Shown here piece by piece: positions 1 through 10,996 of a stretch of DNA of 34,038 nt. The DNA is taken from assembly GCF_006345805.1 (NCBI RefSeq), contig NW_021831733.1:1-34038 (forward strand), in the 5' to 3' direction. The notes under the pieces are model-generated. The model did no database searches and had not been told where the DNA came from. It saw only the letters and a list, made by a program, of their open reading frames with translations. Origin of the DNA: Octopus sinensis. Lineage: Eukaryota. Position 1 is the stretch's first letter, and each line of letters begins with the position of its first letter. Position numbers and translations under genes: made by a program.

Positions 1-546
1 GGGTTGACCTGCTTTCTCTTCTGCGGGTCTTACGAATAGCAAAGGACCACATTTCGGACTTCTCCCACTACAGAGAAGACTGCTTCGCTCAACAAACAAA
101 CAAACAAGCAACAACAGCAAACATTTTAACTCCATTAATATTAATTAATTTCATATTTCGAAGAAAACCTTTTCTTAGAAACAATGCAGAGAAGTCTTAA
201 TGGGAGACGATGACAATAAAGGGAGTAGACATGATAGCAATCATTATGGGGTGGGGATTGGAAGAGATGGTCGCGTCTCAAATAATACGAGACATCAAAA
301 GGGCTCTACTTTAGCAACATATCACGTGTTACGAAACGTGACAAGGGGTTTGCTTTTAAAACGTTCCCTGCTAATATGCTGGAATTTGAACGCAATGATC
401 TTAGAAGAGATTATCTTTTAGTTCAAAAGACAGCGGTATTTCACGTGATACGAAACATTACCGAAGCTATATTCTGCAGCAAAAGGTAAATTGTACCAAA
501 GCTGCATGATTCTGGTGTCTGGCGTGGCATACAGACCATCATATAT

Positions 547-797
547 AAATAAATAAATGCGCCCTTTTAAAGCCTAGCCAGGCTCATGGGCCCGGTTTCC
601 CGGTTTCAGTGGCGTATGTGTTCCCCAGATGGACGGGACGGCAGTCCATCGCAGCATTACTCATATTTGCCAGCTGAGTGGACTGGAGCGACGTGAAACG
701 AAGTGTTTTGCTCAAGAACACAACACGTCGTCCGGTACAGGAATCGAAACCACAGTCATGATGCTGACACCCTAACCACTAAGCCACGCACCTCCAC
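547..797 (-). mobile_element. tRNA-derived SINE, family B, copy 1 (full head, (ATTT)n tail)
   Basis: Minus strand reads GTGGAGGTGCGTGGCTTAGTGGTTAGG (A box), GGTTTCGATTCC (B box), GTTCTTGAGCAAAACACTT (central domain), then GGCTAGGCTTTAAAAGGGCGCATTTATTT (tail). Homologous to 873-1116, 12299-12552 (3' end) and 24993-25249. Confidence 0.85.
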
Positions 798-872
798 ACC
801 CACACACACACACACACACATACTATATAATATATATTATATTATATATATATATATATATATTATAAAATA

Positions 873-1116
873 ATAAATAAATGCGCCCTTTTAAATACTA
901 GCTAGGCTCATGGGTCTGGTTTCCCGGTTTCAATGGCGTATGTGTTCCCCAGCTGGACGGGACGTCAGTCCATCGCGGTGTTACTCATTTTTGCCAGCTG
1001 ACTGGACTGGAGCAACGTGAAATGAAGTGTTTTGCTCAAGAACACAACGCGTCGCCCGGTCCAGGAATCGAAATCACAATCTTACGATCATGATGCTGAC
1101 ACCCTAACCACTAAGC
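873..1116 (-). mobile_element. tRNA-derived SINE, family B, copy 2 (head slightly truncated)
   Basis: Aligns end to end with 547-797. The two copies are jointly flanked by the direct repeat CAGACCATCATATA (532-545, 1117-1130). Confidence 0.85.
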
Positions 1117-1645
1117 CAGACCATCATATAGATTGTTTTATTCTTCTCTTCCGTTTTATTTTGACATGCGTATTGCATTTTCATTCTTCTCTTCCGGTTT
1201 ACGAATTTTGTATGCACATGCGCATTGGGTGTTTATACTTCTCTTTCCGGTTCATACTCAAACAGCATTGCTGTTTCCAACGTTTTATTTCCGTAGTTCT
1301 ATTATTAGTTTTACTCGCGTCTCTATCTTAGTAGAAACTGATGGATAATGAAATTAAACTGCATAAACAAACGGTAGAGAAACTCTCTAGCATATTTAGT
1401 AACAATAATAAATTTAAGACAAGTTTTAGTTTTACCAATCTTCAATATATTGTTCATGTTTAAAACTGCTTGCCTACTTGACAATTGAATTTCTAGCTCT
1501 GCCTTCAAGGAAACTTTACTACTTGGACTCACGTTTTTGTGCACAACGATGCTGTCAAACCTCTATTAACAGCACCGTATGTGGGTCCTTTCCATTTTCT
1601 TTCACAAACATATACACACATATACATACATATATATACATATAT

Positions 1646-1805
1646 ACGACGGGCTTCTTTCAGATTCCGCCTACCAAATCCTATTCACAAGGCTTTAGTC
1701 GGCCCGAGGCTATAGTATAAGACACTTGCCCAAGGTGCCACGTAGAGGGACTGAACCCGGAACCGTGTGGTTGGGAAGCAAGGTTCTTACCACACAGCCA
1801 CTCCT
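1646..1805 (-). mobile_element. tRNA-derived SINE, family C, 5' half
   Basis: Minus strand GGAGTGGCTGTGTGGTAAG...CCGGGTTCAGTCCC (A/B boxes), then GGCACCTTGGGCAAGTGTCTT (CORE-like motif). Matches 11201-11355. Confidence 0.8.
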
Positions 1806-2052
<247 letters not shown>

Positions 2053-2419
2053 CGGCTGTATAGTAAATATTGGCTTCTCGCGCAGTTGAGTCGTATATGT
2101 TAACGTAGTGTTGAGTCGAGTGCAGAGTGACACTTGTGGAGAGTGTCCATGTTTCACTCCACTCACCTCCATTGCATTCTCACGCTTTTGATGACTTCAT
2201 TTGAAAATCACAAGATTTGAATAACTAAGGTTAATTGACAATGGCTGAACGCGCTGCCAACAAATTCCCTCTGCATGCTCAATAAGTACCACATTAATTA
2301 TGTAGTCCTAGATAGACTAGGCTGGAAACAGAAATAAAGCAGAATATGATTAAATACGGATTATATCTCATCATAGATATAATATCATACACTCCAGAAA
2401 TGGAGATGAATACGAAAAG

Positions 2420-2429
2420 ATGTATATAG

Positions 2430-2473
<44 letters not shown>

Positions 2474-2560
2474 CCACAATATACTCATATATGTATACAC
2501 ATAAAACAGGTATGTATGTATATACATACATATATATATATATATGTTATGTATTATATA

Positions 2561-2620
<60 letters not shown>

Positions 2621-2869
2621 GTGTGTGTGTGTGTATATATAAACATATATTTACATAAACTCCTTTACATCTTTCCCATTATCTACCTTTCTATCTCTCT
2701 CCCTCTCTCTTTTCTCTCTCTGCCTCGCTTTTTTCTCTCCATCTCTCTTTCTTTCTATCTATCTATCCTATATCTACCCATGTATTTCTTTACATTAATA
2801 TGAATGTATCTGTATACCTTTGCTTGCTTCGAGAGCAAATTTTCAAAAAGGAATAAATAACTCCATGTT

Positions 2870-2917
<48 letters not shown>

Positions 2918-3078
2918 TTGCATATACATATATGCGTATGTGTGTGTGTGTGTGTATATATATACATGAAGGGCAAGATAATACGAAGAGAAAGAGAGAA
3001 ATGGAGCAGGATGTGGGTGTTCACAATGAACATTACACACACACACTCGTACATTGGACAAGAGAGAGAAAATCTGTA

Positions 3079-3120
<42 letters not shown>

Positions 3121-4135
3121 GGCCGAGAGAGAAAGAGATCTGGAAGAGGGAAGGTGGTGGGTGAGTGGTGGTGATGTGTGATAGTCCACATTAGCAAGTG
3201 TCTGTCATGGCAGTCTAGATTAATAAGAACGAGATCAATTAGACAGACAGACACATCATGGCATCACCGATTCTTCAGTACTTTGAATCAATTACAGAGA
3301 GTCTCTTCTAGAATGTTCCAGACATCAGAGTCACACAGTATGTTGTTCATGTTCACCTAGTGTGCACTCACGTGACGTCTATATACCTTACATGTACTAC
3401 ACACACATACCCACTCATGCACACATATAGGTATATGCATATATATATATATACATACGTTCATACACACGTATAGGTATATATGTGTATATATACATAT
3501 ATATTTATGTATGTATATACATATGTGTGTGTATATGTACGTATGTATATGTATATATCATATCTATATATTTCATATACGTGTGTTTATGTCTATATAT
3601 ATATGTGTACATGCATACACATATAGCATATGCATATACACACATACGCACACACATATATATATATACATATACATATACATACATATATATATATCTG
3701 TATATATATGTATATATATATATATATATATGTGTGTGTGGTGTGTGTGTGTGTGTGTGTGTATACTGAAACATCTACATTTACAAGCACCTATATATGT
3801 GCCTGTGTGTGTGATTGTCTAAGTTTGTGCGTGTGTGTATAATTGTTTGTGTCTATGTTTGAATGTGAATGAGTTCGTATGTGTATGCGTATTAACATTC
3901 ATTATCATTGAAATACATATAGATATAAAACGCCTATATGATAAAGATGCATACATACATAAATGCACCCCCGCCGCATATATATATATATATATATATA
4001 CATAATATGCACATATATAATAAAAAGAATATGTGTGTGAGGGCGTATTTATGTGTAAATATGTGTATATATGAATATTATATATGATATATATATAATA
4101 ATATAATATATACACACTCACACATATATATATAT

Positions 4136-4168
<33 letters not shown>

Positions 4169-4200
4169 CATGCGCATATATGAGTGTATGTATGCATGTA
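2420..4200. repeat. Compound microsatellite field: (TA)n, (TG/CA)n, (GA/CT)n
   Basis: Successive dinucleotide tracts separated by short unique spacers. They explain all YI/CV/HT/ER-rich ORFs here. Confidence 0.9.
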
Positions 4201-4469
4201 TGTATAGCCACGTACGTGAAATGAAGAATCTACAAATATTTTTGTACATACATCCTCATAGAGATACGTCTAACTCCGCTGAGCCCCACGTCTTCCCCTG
4301 ACACACATGCAAATCTCTTTTAGGGTTCACCACCTTTATAGGAAACCATTAGATCCACGAAACGCTTGTTATTTTGTTGTTGTTGTTGTTCCCTTTTAAA
4401 ACGCATCTGCTTGTTCTACATTTTTTATTTTTAACAAGAAAGGATTGTTTAAACTTCACATACAACCAT

Positions 4470-4720
4470 TCGTTTGCTCTCTCTCTCTCTCTCTCTGTCT
4501 CTTCTCCTTTCTTTCTCTGCCCCTCTTTTTTCCTTCGTGTCACTTTGCATATGTTCCTCTCTCCCACTGTCTCCCTCCCTCTGTCGCTCTCTCTGTCTCT
4601 CTCCTCCTCTCTTTTCCTCCCTCTTTCTCTTTTGTCTTTGTCTCCATTCTTTGTGTCTTTTGTGTCGTTTTTTTTAGTCTTTTGTTTTTTTCTTATTTTC
4701 TTTTCATGAAATTAATTTAG
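4470..4720. repeat. CT-rich polypyrimidine low-complexity tract
   Basis: (CT)n and T-rich runs. Confidence 0.85.
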
Positions 4721-5944
4721 GAGAGAAACAAAACTAACAAGTGAAATAATGGAATAATAAAAGAATGGAGAGAATAAAAATAAATAAATTGGGCAACTTT
4801 TATTATTTAATCTGATTTTTAACAATCGTTCAAAAGAAGCGATTTCGAAATGAAGAACTAAAAGAAGCCAAAAATATATAAAAAAATAATAAAAATATAA
4901 TAAAATCATCAATAAATAAATAAATAAATAAACAACAAAATCTTCATCCTTCCCACCCAGACCCAGCACTGTTTTGATACTTATTTTGCAGAGTAATATG
5001 AAAAATTAATAATAAAAATTAAAAACAAAATGGCGTCCAATGTAATTTTTCTTTTGATATCGTTACAGGCTGACATTTTGTTTGGTTTTATATTCTAGTC
5101 ATTAGAACGAAAATGAAAAGCGCAATAGTAAAAGAGACAAAAATGTGGTTGTTAGAATATTCATTTACATTTTCAGTCTCACCACATCGCTTTCATTGCT
5201 TCTCTCTACACTGCTTTCAATCCACAACCCCACCCGTTTCAAACTCGCCACCTCTCTTCTCTCTCTCTCTCTCCGTCAATGTCTCTTGCTGTGTTATTAT
5301 CTCTCTCCTTCTCTCCTCTCTTTTTCTCCCCTTCTGTGTTTATCAGTCTCTCTTTCTCTCTCTCCCTCTCCGTCACCCTTACAGTCTACTATACTCTTTT
5401 GTTCATTGACCAAATGAATTAGTGTCAATTGTCTGCGAACTGTGTGATTCTACATCAGTGTGTCGAGTTAGTTCTTAGTGAAGTCGCTGTCACAGGTTAC
5501 TGGACTTAATCTCACTGTACTTCTCTCGAATTACCTCTTACCAGACAAAAGAAATCTTCTCTCGCTTTGTTTTTCTTTTTCACGGTTTCATTTTTTTCAT
5601 CTTCGGTTCTTTCTTTCTTCCATGTCATCGATGTCTCGCTCTCTTTCTTCATTTATTAAAATGTAAAAGAGATTCACACAATTATTGATTTCTTAGACAA
5701 GAAAAAGATTTCACATTTGTAGGTCAAGAGAAATGAGATTGGGCGACGTTCATTCAGGATTTACAGAAAAATCTCGCCAATTTTTATGAAATGAATTTTG
5801 CCAAAATAGAAAAATAAAATAAAATAAAATACATGAGGTTTCTTTGTTGTATTGTTTCCATTGTAATGGGGAAAGGATTGGTGGGGTTGCGATGGGAAGG
5901 TAACTGTCTTACCTCCCTTCGCAGAACCAATTCAAAGAGGGAAA

Positions 5945-5976
<32 letters not shown>

Positions 5977-6194
5977 AGAAGTTGAGCGAAGTACTTTAGT
6001 TGTACTTTTATATATCGGTCTAACTAAATTGGCTTCGATGAAATTTGAACCCAAAGCCCAGAGAACTGGGACACATACTGCAAATCGTTCTATCTAACAT
6101 TATAGTGGTTCGACATTTTACTGCTTTGAGAGTCGAAGCCCTATCACACTTCCAAGATTCCTGGGGCTGAAATCTTCCTGCCATAAGGGAATGT

Positions 6195-6230
<36 letters not shown>

Positions 6231-6248
6231 TAATAATAATAATAATAA

Positions 6249-7728
6249 CAAGAACAAAAATACAAATATTTAGGGATAAATGAAGGCTCTGGTATTCAGC
6301 ATGCAAGCATGAAAGAGAAGATCAGGAAGGAATGTTATAGGAGAGTTCGTGCAGTCATGAAATCTGAACTAAATGCACGTAACAAGGTGTTAGCTATAAA
6401 TTCCTTAGCAGTTCCAGTTGTTACTTATAGCTACAATGTGTTGAACTGGAATATGAGTGAAGTAAAGAATATAGATAGGAAAATACACAAGCTGCTGAGT
6501 TGTAATAGGATGCACCACCCAAAGGCAGACGTAGATCGCCTTTACCTTCCCAGAGCCCAAGGAGGTCGAGGCCTGATCCAATTTGAACTAGCTTACAAAA
6601 CAACCACAATTGGACTGGCCAAATATCTCGAAATATCGAATGACTGGATGCTAAAGCTCGTGGAAAATCACGAGAGACGAAAGAAGCTTCATTCTATCAT
6701 AAAGGAAAGCAAAAAATTTGTTTTGATCTCGTGCAGGATACCCAATTTGAACAACCCGAGGGAAGTACGGCAACTATTGCTGCAAAGAAGGTGAAAATGA
6801 TGGCAATGAAAAAAGCGCACGAGCAATTGGCTGATAGGTGGGAGGAGAAACCTCTGCACGGCAAATATGTGACCCGCAGCAAGCAAGCTGATGTTGACCA
6901 GAAGCAAACCTATCAGTGGCTACGGAGCTCAGGGCTAAAAGCAGAGAGCGAAGGTTTCATCCTGGCTGCTCAAGATCAAAGCCTATTAACCCGGAACTAC
7001 CAGGCCAATGTGATGAAAAATGGAGCGGACCCAAAATGCCGATTCTGCAACGACATGATTGAAACAGTGGACCACCTAATCTCTGGATGAAAAGTCTTAG
7101 CACCAGTGGAGTATAAATTAAGACATGACAGAGTTGGCCAATATCTCCACTGGCTAATAAGTCGGCATTACAATATCAAAACTGCCGACAAGTGGTATAA
7201 TCACCACCCTGTGGGACTTTCCAGTACATACAGACCGAACCATCAAGGCCAATAAACCAGATATTGTTGTGAAAGACCAAAACAATAAAGTTTGCTTATT
7301 GATCGACATGAGCATCCCCTGTGATCATAATATCTCAGCGAAAGAGTTTGACAAGCTCAGAAAATATAAAGACCTACTCATTGAAATTGAGAAAATGTGG
7401 CATCTCAAGGCGGTTACAATACCAGTGATCGTAGGAGCACTAGGAATGATCAAGAAGGGAACCGAAAATTATATGAGAATGATCCCTGGCTTACCATCCC
7501 TGCAAGAAGTGCAAAAGATTGCCTTAACTGGTACATCACACGTATTGAGAAGAGCATTGTCGATGTGAGAACTGTTGCTGCTCATGTATTTTAATTTAAC
7601 TTAAAAAAATGAACGAACTATTGAGTTTGGTTTAATGGCCTACCAATGTATACTACGAGTTTCTTTGCCCTAGGAGTCGGGAAGACACTCGGCAAGAAAT
7701 GGAAGCAAATTTGAAAGAAGAAAAAAAG
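6249..7728 (+). mobile_element. 5'-truncated R4/Dong-clade (RLE-type) non-LTR retrotransposon, pseudogenised, embedded in (TAA)n
   Basis: From 6249 the frame reads QEQKYKYLGINEG (RT YKYLG motif) and continues to HPKADVDRLYLPRAQGGRGL (R4/Dong thumb motif). After a frameshift near 6730 come WEEKPLHGKY and CRFCNDMIETVDHLISG*K (CCHC knuckle; TGA at 7088-7090 replaces Cys), then RHD. A deletion/frameshift near 7210 precedes WDFPVHTDRTIKANKPDIVVKD...LLIDMSIP...KLRKYKDL (PD-(D/E)xK endonuclease), ending HVLRRALSM* at 7568. The ~160-bp 3' UTR is followed by TAA repeats. (TAA)n lies at 6197-6248 and 7729-7763. Confidence 0.92.
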
Positions 7729-7780
7729 TAATAATAATAATATAATAATAATAATAATAATAAATGCCCTGATGCAGTAC

Positions 7781-7958
7781 AAGGCCTGAAATTTTGGGGG
7801 GAGGGTGCCAGTCGATTAGATCGACCACAATACGTAGCTGGTACTTAATTTATTGACCCCGATAGAATGAAAGGCATAGTGGACCTCGGCGGAATTTGAA
7901 CTCAGAACGTAAAGACGGACGAAAAAGCCACTAAGCCTTTTGTCCGGCGTGCTAACAA
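7781..7958 (-). mobile_element. tRNA-derived SINE, family A (tail type 2), partial head
   Basis: Contains GACCTCGGCGGAATTTGAACTCAGAACGTAA (reverse complement of the B-box region GAGTTCAAATTCCGCCGAGG) shared with the other family A copies. Confidence 0.8.
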
Positions 7959-8082
7959 TTCATCCAACTTTTCACCTTAATAATGATAATGATAATAATG
8001 ATAATGATGATGATGATGATGATGATAATAACAAATAAACAAACATGACTTAAAACAATACCTCCGACTTCGTGGAGGCGGA

Positions 8083-8169
<87 letters not shown>

Positions 8170-8180
8170 TTAATAATAAT

Positions 8181-8585
8181 TGCCCTGATGCAGTACCAAG
8201 CACTGTCTCTCGTCGCTTCTGATCTTAGCTGATTGGAAGTGTTATCATGTACTTTGTTTTGTATTGGTATAAAAGATGGGCTACAGCAAATATTCTGATC
8301 AATACCACAGATTTGCTAGTCAGTTGTTTGACCATAACCAGTTGACCATGTCCCTTAGTGGTTGATGATATGCGCATCTCCGATCATGAGCAGAAGTAGT
8401 GGGGGAACATCCTAGCCATGTGTTGAAAGGAATTCTTTGGTGTTGAGATAATTCCCCTCTAGAAACATGGGTATTTCGTTCAACATCCTTAAACAATCCT
8501 TATTCAAGGACCTTTTGAGTGGGATGGGTTACTCGACCATAAGAAAATTCTAACTGGCCCCCACCTGCAAGGTCATGCGCTGTTT
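8181..8585. mobile_element. Truncated copy of the 554-bp TAA-associated element
   Basis: Starts TGCCCTGATGCAGTACC directly after (TAA)n (8085-8180). Aligns with 29821-30225 and stops at GGTCATGCGCTGTTT. Confidence 0.85.
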
Positions 8586-9128
8586 TGGAAATTACTCTCA
8601 CCCGCAAAATACGCCAATTTGTGGTTGTGTTATGTTGGAAATTAATTTCCCGACTACTGCACAGCGAGATTGAACCCAACATCATATAATTACAAACCTC
8701 TTAATCCACGATGTAGTCTGCCCTAATACTCCGCTGATTATTCATTACTTTAACGATTACAGCTGACGAAACTCATTGTTGAAAACTCAGCGGTTTTTAA
8801 CTTCAGAGGAAAACGGACATAAAAAATACCGCCGGCCATTTTATTTGTTGCTCTCCCATTTCATCCCAACTCCATCTCATTCAATAACAGACAAATTGAT
8901 AATTGCTTCTATCGATTTACGGTAAGTTTACCGAAAATAGATCATTGCTAACCGAGAGCAGCTTTGATAATTACACATATTTTATCACACCACTATTCTC
9001 TTATTCCGTTAGTTGTTGCTCTCATACAGTATATAAACGTACTATTCATTACCAGACCCTGTACAAAAGGCATTCAGTGCACTGGGTCGGCCCTCTTCTT
9101 TGTGCACTCCATTTATCTCAATTATGAC

Positions 9129-9215
9129 TACAGTAATCCCTTAACTATCGCGGGTGTTCAGTTCCAAAACTCCCCGCGATAGGTGAAAATCCGCGAAGTA
9201 GAAACAGTCCTGTAT
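9129..9215 (+). mobile_element. pogo/Tigger-like (Tc1/mariner superfamily) terminal fragment
   Basis: TA+CAGTAATCCCTTAACTATCGCGGG...CCCCGCGATAGGTGAAAATCCGCG resembles Tigger/MER2-type termini. Related ends at 11878-11991 and 14134-14310. Confidence 0.55.
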
Positions 9216-9249
9216 ATTTTTATTATTATTTTTAGAATTTGTATATTCT

Positions 9250-9470
9250 TTTACTCTTTTGCTTGTTTCAGTCATTTGACTGCGGCCATGCTGGAGCACC
9301 GCCTGTAGTCGAGCAAATCGACCCCAGGACTTATTCTTAATAAGCCTAGTACTTATTCTATCAGTCTATTTTGCCGAACCGTTAAGTTACGGGGAAGTAA
9401 ACACACTAGCATCGTTTGTCAAGTGATGTTGGAGGGACAAGCACAAACACACAAACATACACACACACAC
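9250..9470 (-). mobile_element. SINE family C, 3' half (split from 11201-11355 by the hammerhead concatemer)
   Basis: TTTCAGTCATTTGACTGCGGCCATGCTGGAGCACCGCC...GGGACAAGCACAAACACAC leads into the internal CA/TA microsatellite. Same tail at 32228-32370. Pairing with 11201-11355 relies on the recalled family structure. Confidence 0.75.
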
Positions 9471-9491
9471 ATATATATGTATATATATATA

Positions 9492-9545
<54 letters not shown>

Positions 9546-9843
9546 AAAAATGGTAAATAATTTTCCTGTGGTTTTTCATGTAACCAACAATTATTTACCG
9601 GTAAATTTCGGTATGTAAATACGACAAAATAATTGTCAAGACCTTTGTAAGGTTCAGTATATAGTAAAGAAAAATAAGTTGGCTAGCAGCAAGCTGTTTC
9701 GCCTCATACCGAAGGAATTAGAAATGGCAGTCAAAGACCGTTTTTTCCATTTCTATAAGTGGAGATTCCAAAAACGAAGGCCCTTGCGGCTCACATACAC
9801 AAAACCGGAGTGGCAAATATACGAATTCAGTCACTTACCGTTA

Positions 9844-9915
9844 ATAGCGAACACGGTGTTTCTGGATCACAAACATATAAAAAAAGGGGAGTTTAAATTC
9901 CGTCATCAGAGCTAT
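9844..9915 (-). ncRNA. Type I hammerhead ribozyme, unit 1 (stem I closing pair mutated)
   Basis: Minus strand: ATAGCT-CTGATGA-CGGAATTTAAAC...GTTTGTGATCCA-GAAA-CACCGTG-TT^CGCTAT. Stem I strand is ATAGCT instead of ATAGCG, which breaks the pair next to the core. Confidence 0.7.
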
Positions 9916-10370
9916 ATTCGGTAGCTTTATCAAATGCCACCAGCCCTCACTTCTGACCCAGCGACATCAGATAGTGGGGGGAAGTGCGCAGATGTTAAAA
10001 CCAAGTAACGACTGGGAACGTAAATTTTCCCTCCAAAATTCTGCCATGCGCGCCTTCTGGGTAATCGTAATGGAATGAGGAACCCACATGGTAATACAAT
10101 TATTTTGTCGTATTTACATACCGAAATTTACCGGTAAATAATTGTTGGTTACATGAAAAACCACAGAAAATTATTTACCATTTTTATTGTATTACCATGT
10201 GGATTCCTCATTCCATTACGATTACCCAGAAGGCGCGCATGGCAGAATTTTGGAGGGAAAATTTACGTTCCCAGTCGTTACTTGGTTTTAACATCTGCGC
10301 ACTTCCCCCCACTATCTGATGTCGCTGGGTCAGAAGTGAGGGCTGGTGGCATTTGATAAAGCTACCGAAT

Positions 10371-10442
10371 ATAGCGCTGATGACGGAATTCAAACTCCCC
10401 TTTTTTTATATGTTTGTGATCCAGAAACACCGTGTTCGCTAT
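10371..10442 (+). ncRNA. Type I hammerhead ribozyme, unit 2
   Basis: Stem I ATAGCG(10371-76)/CGCTAT(10437-42), 6 bp perfect. Core CTGATGA(10377-83). Stem II GGA..CAAAC/GTTTG..TCC with a C-A opposition at its base. GAAA(10424-27). Stem III ACA/TGT around a CCG loop. Cleavage triplet GTT(10434-36). Confidence 0.85.
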
Positions 10443-10924
10443 TAACGGTAAGTGACTGAATTCGTATATTTGCCACTCCGGTTTTGTGTATGTGAGCCGC
10501 AAGGGCCTTCGTTTTTGGAATCTCCACTTATAGAAATGGAAAAAACGGTCTTTGACTGCCATTTCTAATTCCTTCGGTAGAGGCGAAACAGCTTGCTGCT
10601 AGCCAACTTATTTTTCTTTACTATATACTGAACCTTAGAAAGGTCTTGACAATTATTTTGTCGTATTTACATACCGAAATTTACCGGTAAATAATTGTTG
10701 GTTACATGAAAAACCACAGGAAAATTATTTACCATTTTTATTGTATTACCATGTGGATTCCTCATTCCATTACGATTACCCAGAAGGCGCGCATGGCAGA
10801 ATTTTGGAGGGAAAATTTACGTTCCCAGTCGTTACTTGGTTTTAACATCTGCGCACTTCCCCCCACTATCTGATGTCGCTGGGTCAGAAGTGAGGGCTGG
10901 TGGCATTTGATAAAGCTACCGAAT

Positions 10925-10996
10925 ATAGCGCTGATGACGGAATTCAAACTCCCATTTTTTTATATGTTTGTGATCCAGAAACACCGTGTTCGCTAT
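10925..10996 (+). ncRNA. Type I hammerhead ribozyme, unit 3
   Basis: Same architecture as unit 2. Predicted cleavage after 10990, exactly 554 nt downstream of the unit 2 site (10436). Confidence 0.85.

Noticed and set aside
5888-5925. GC-rich hairpin GCGATGGGAAGGTAA/TTACCTCCCTTCGC as a Helitron 3' end
   Set aside because: No CTRR terminus downstream and no matching 5' end.
8760-8800. CTGACGA...GAAA hammerhead-like spacing
   Set aside because: Stem II is only 3 bp and there is no stem I complementarity.
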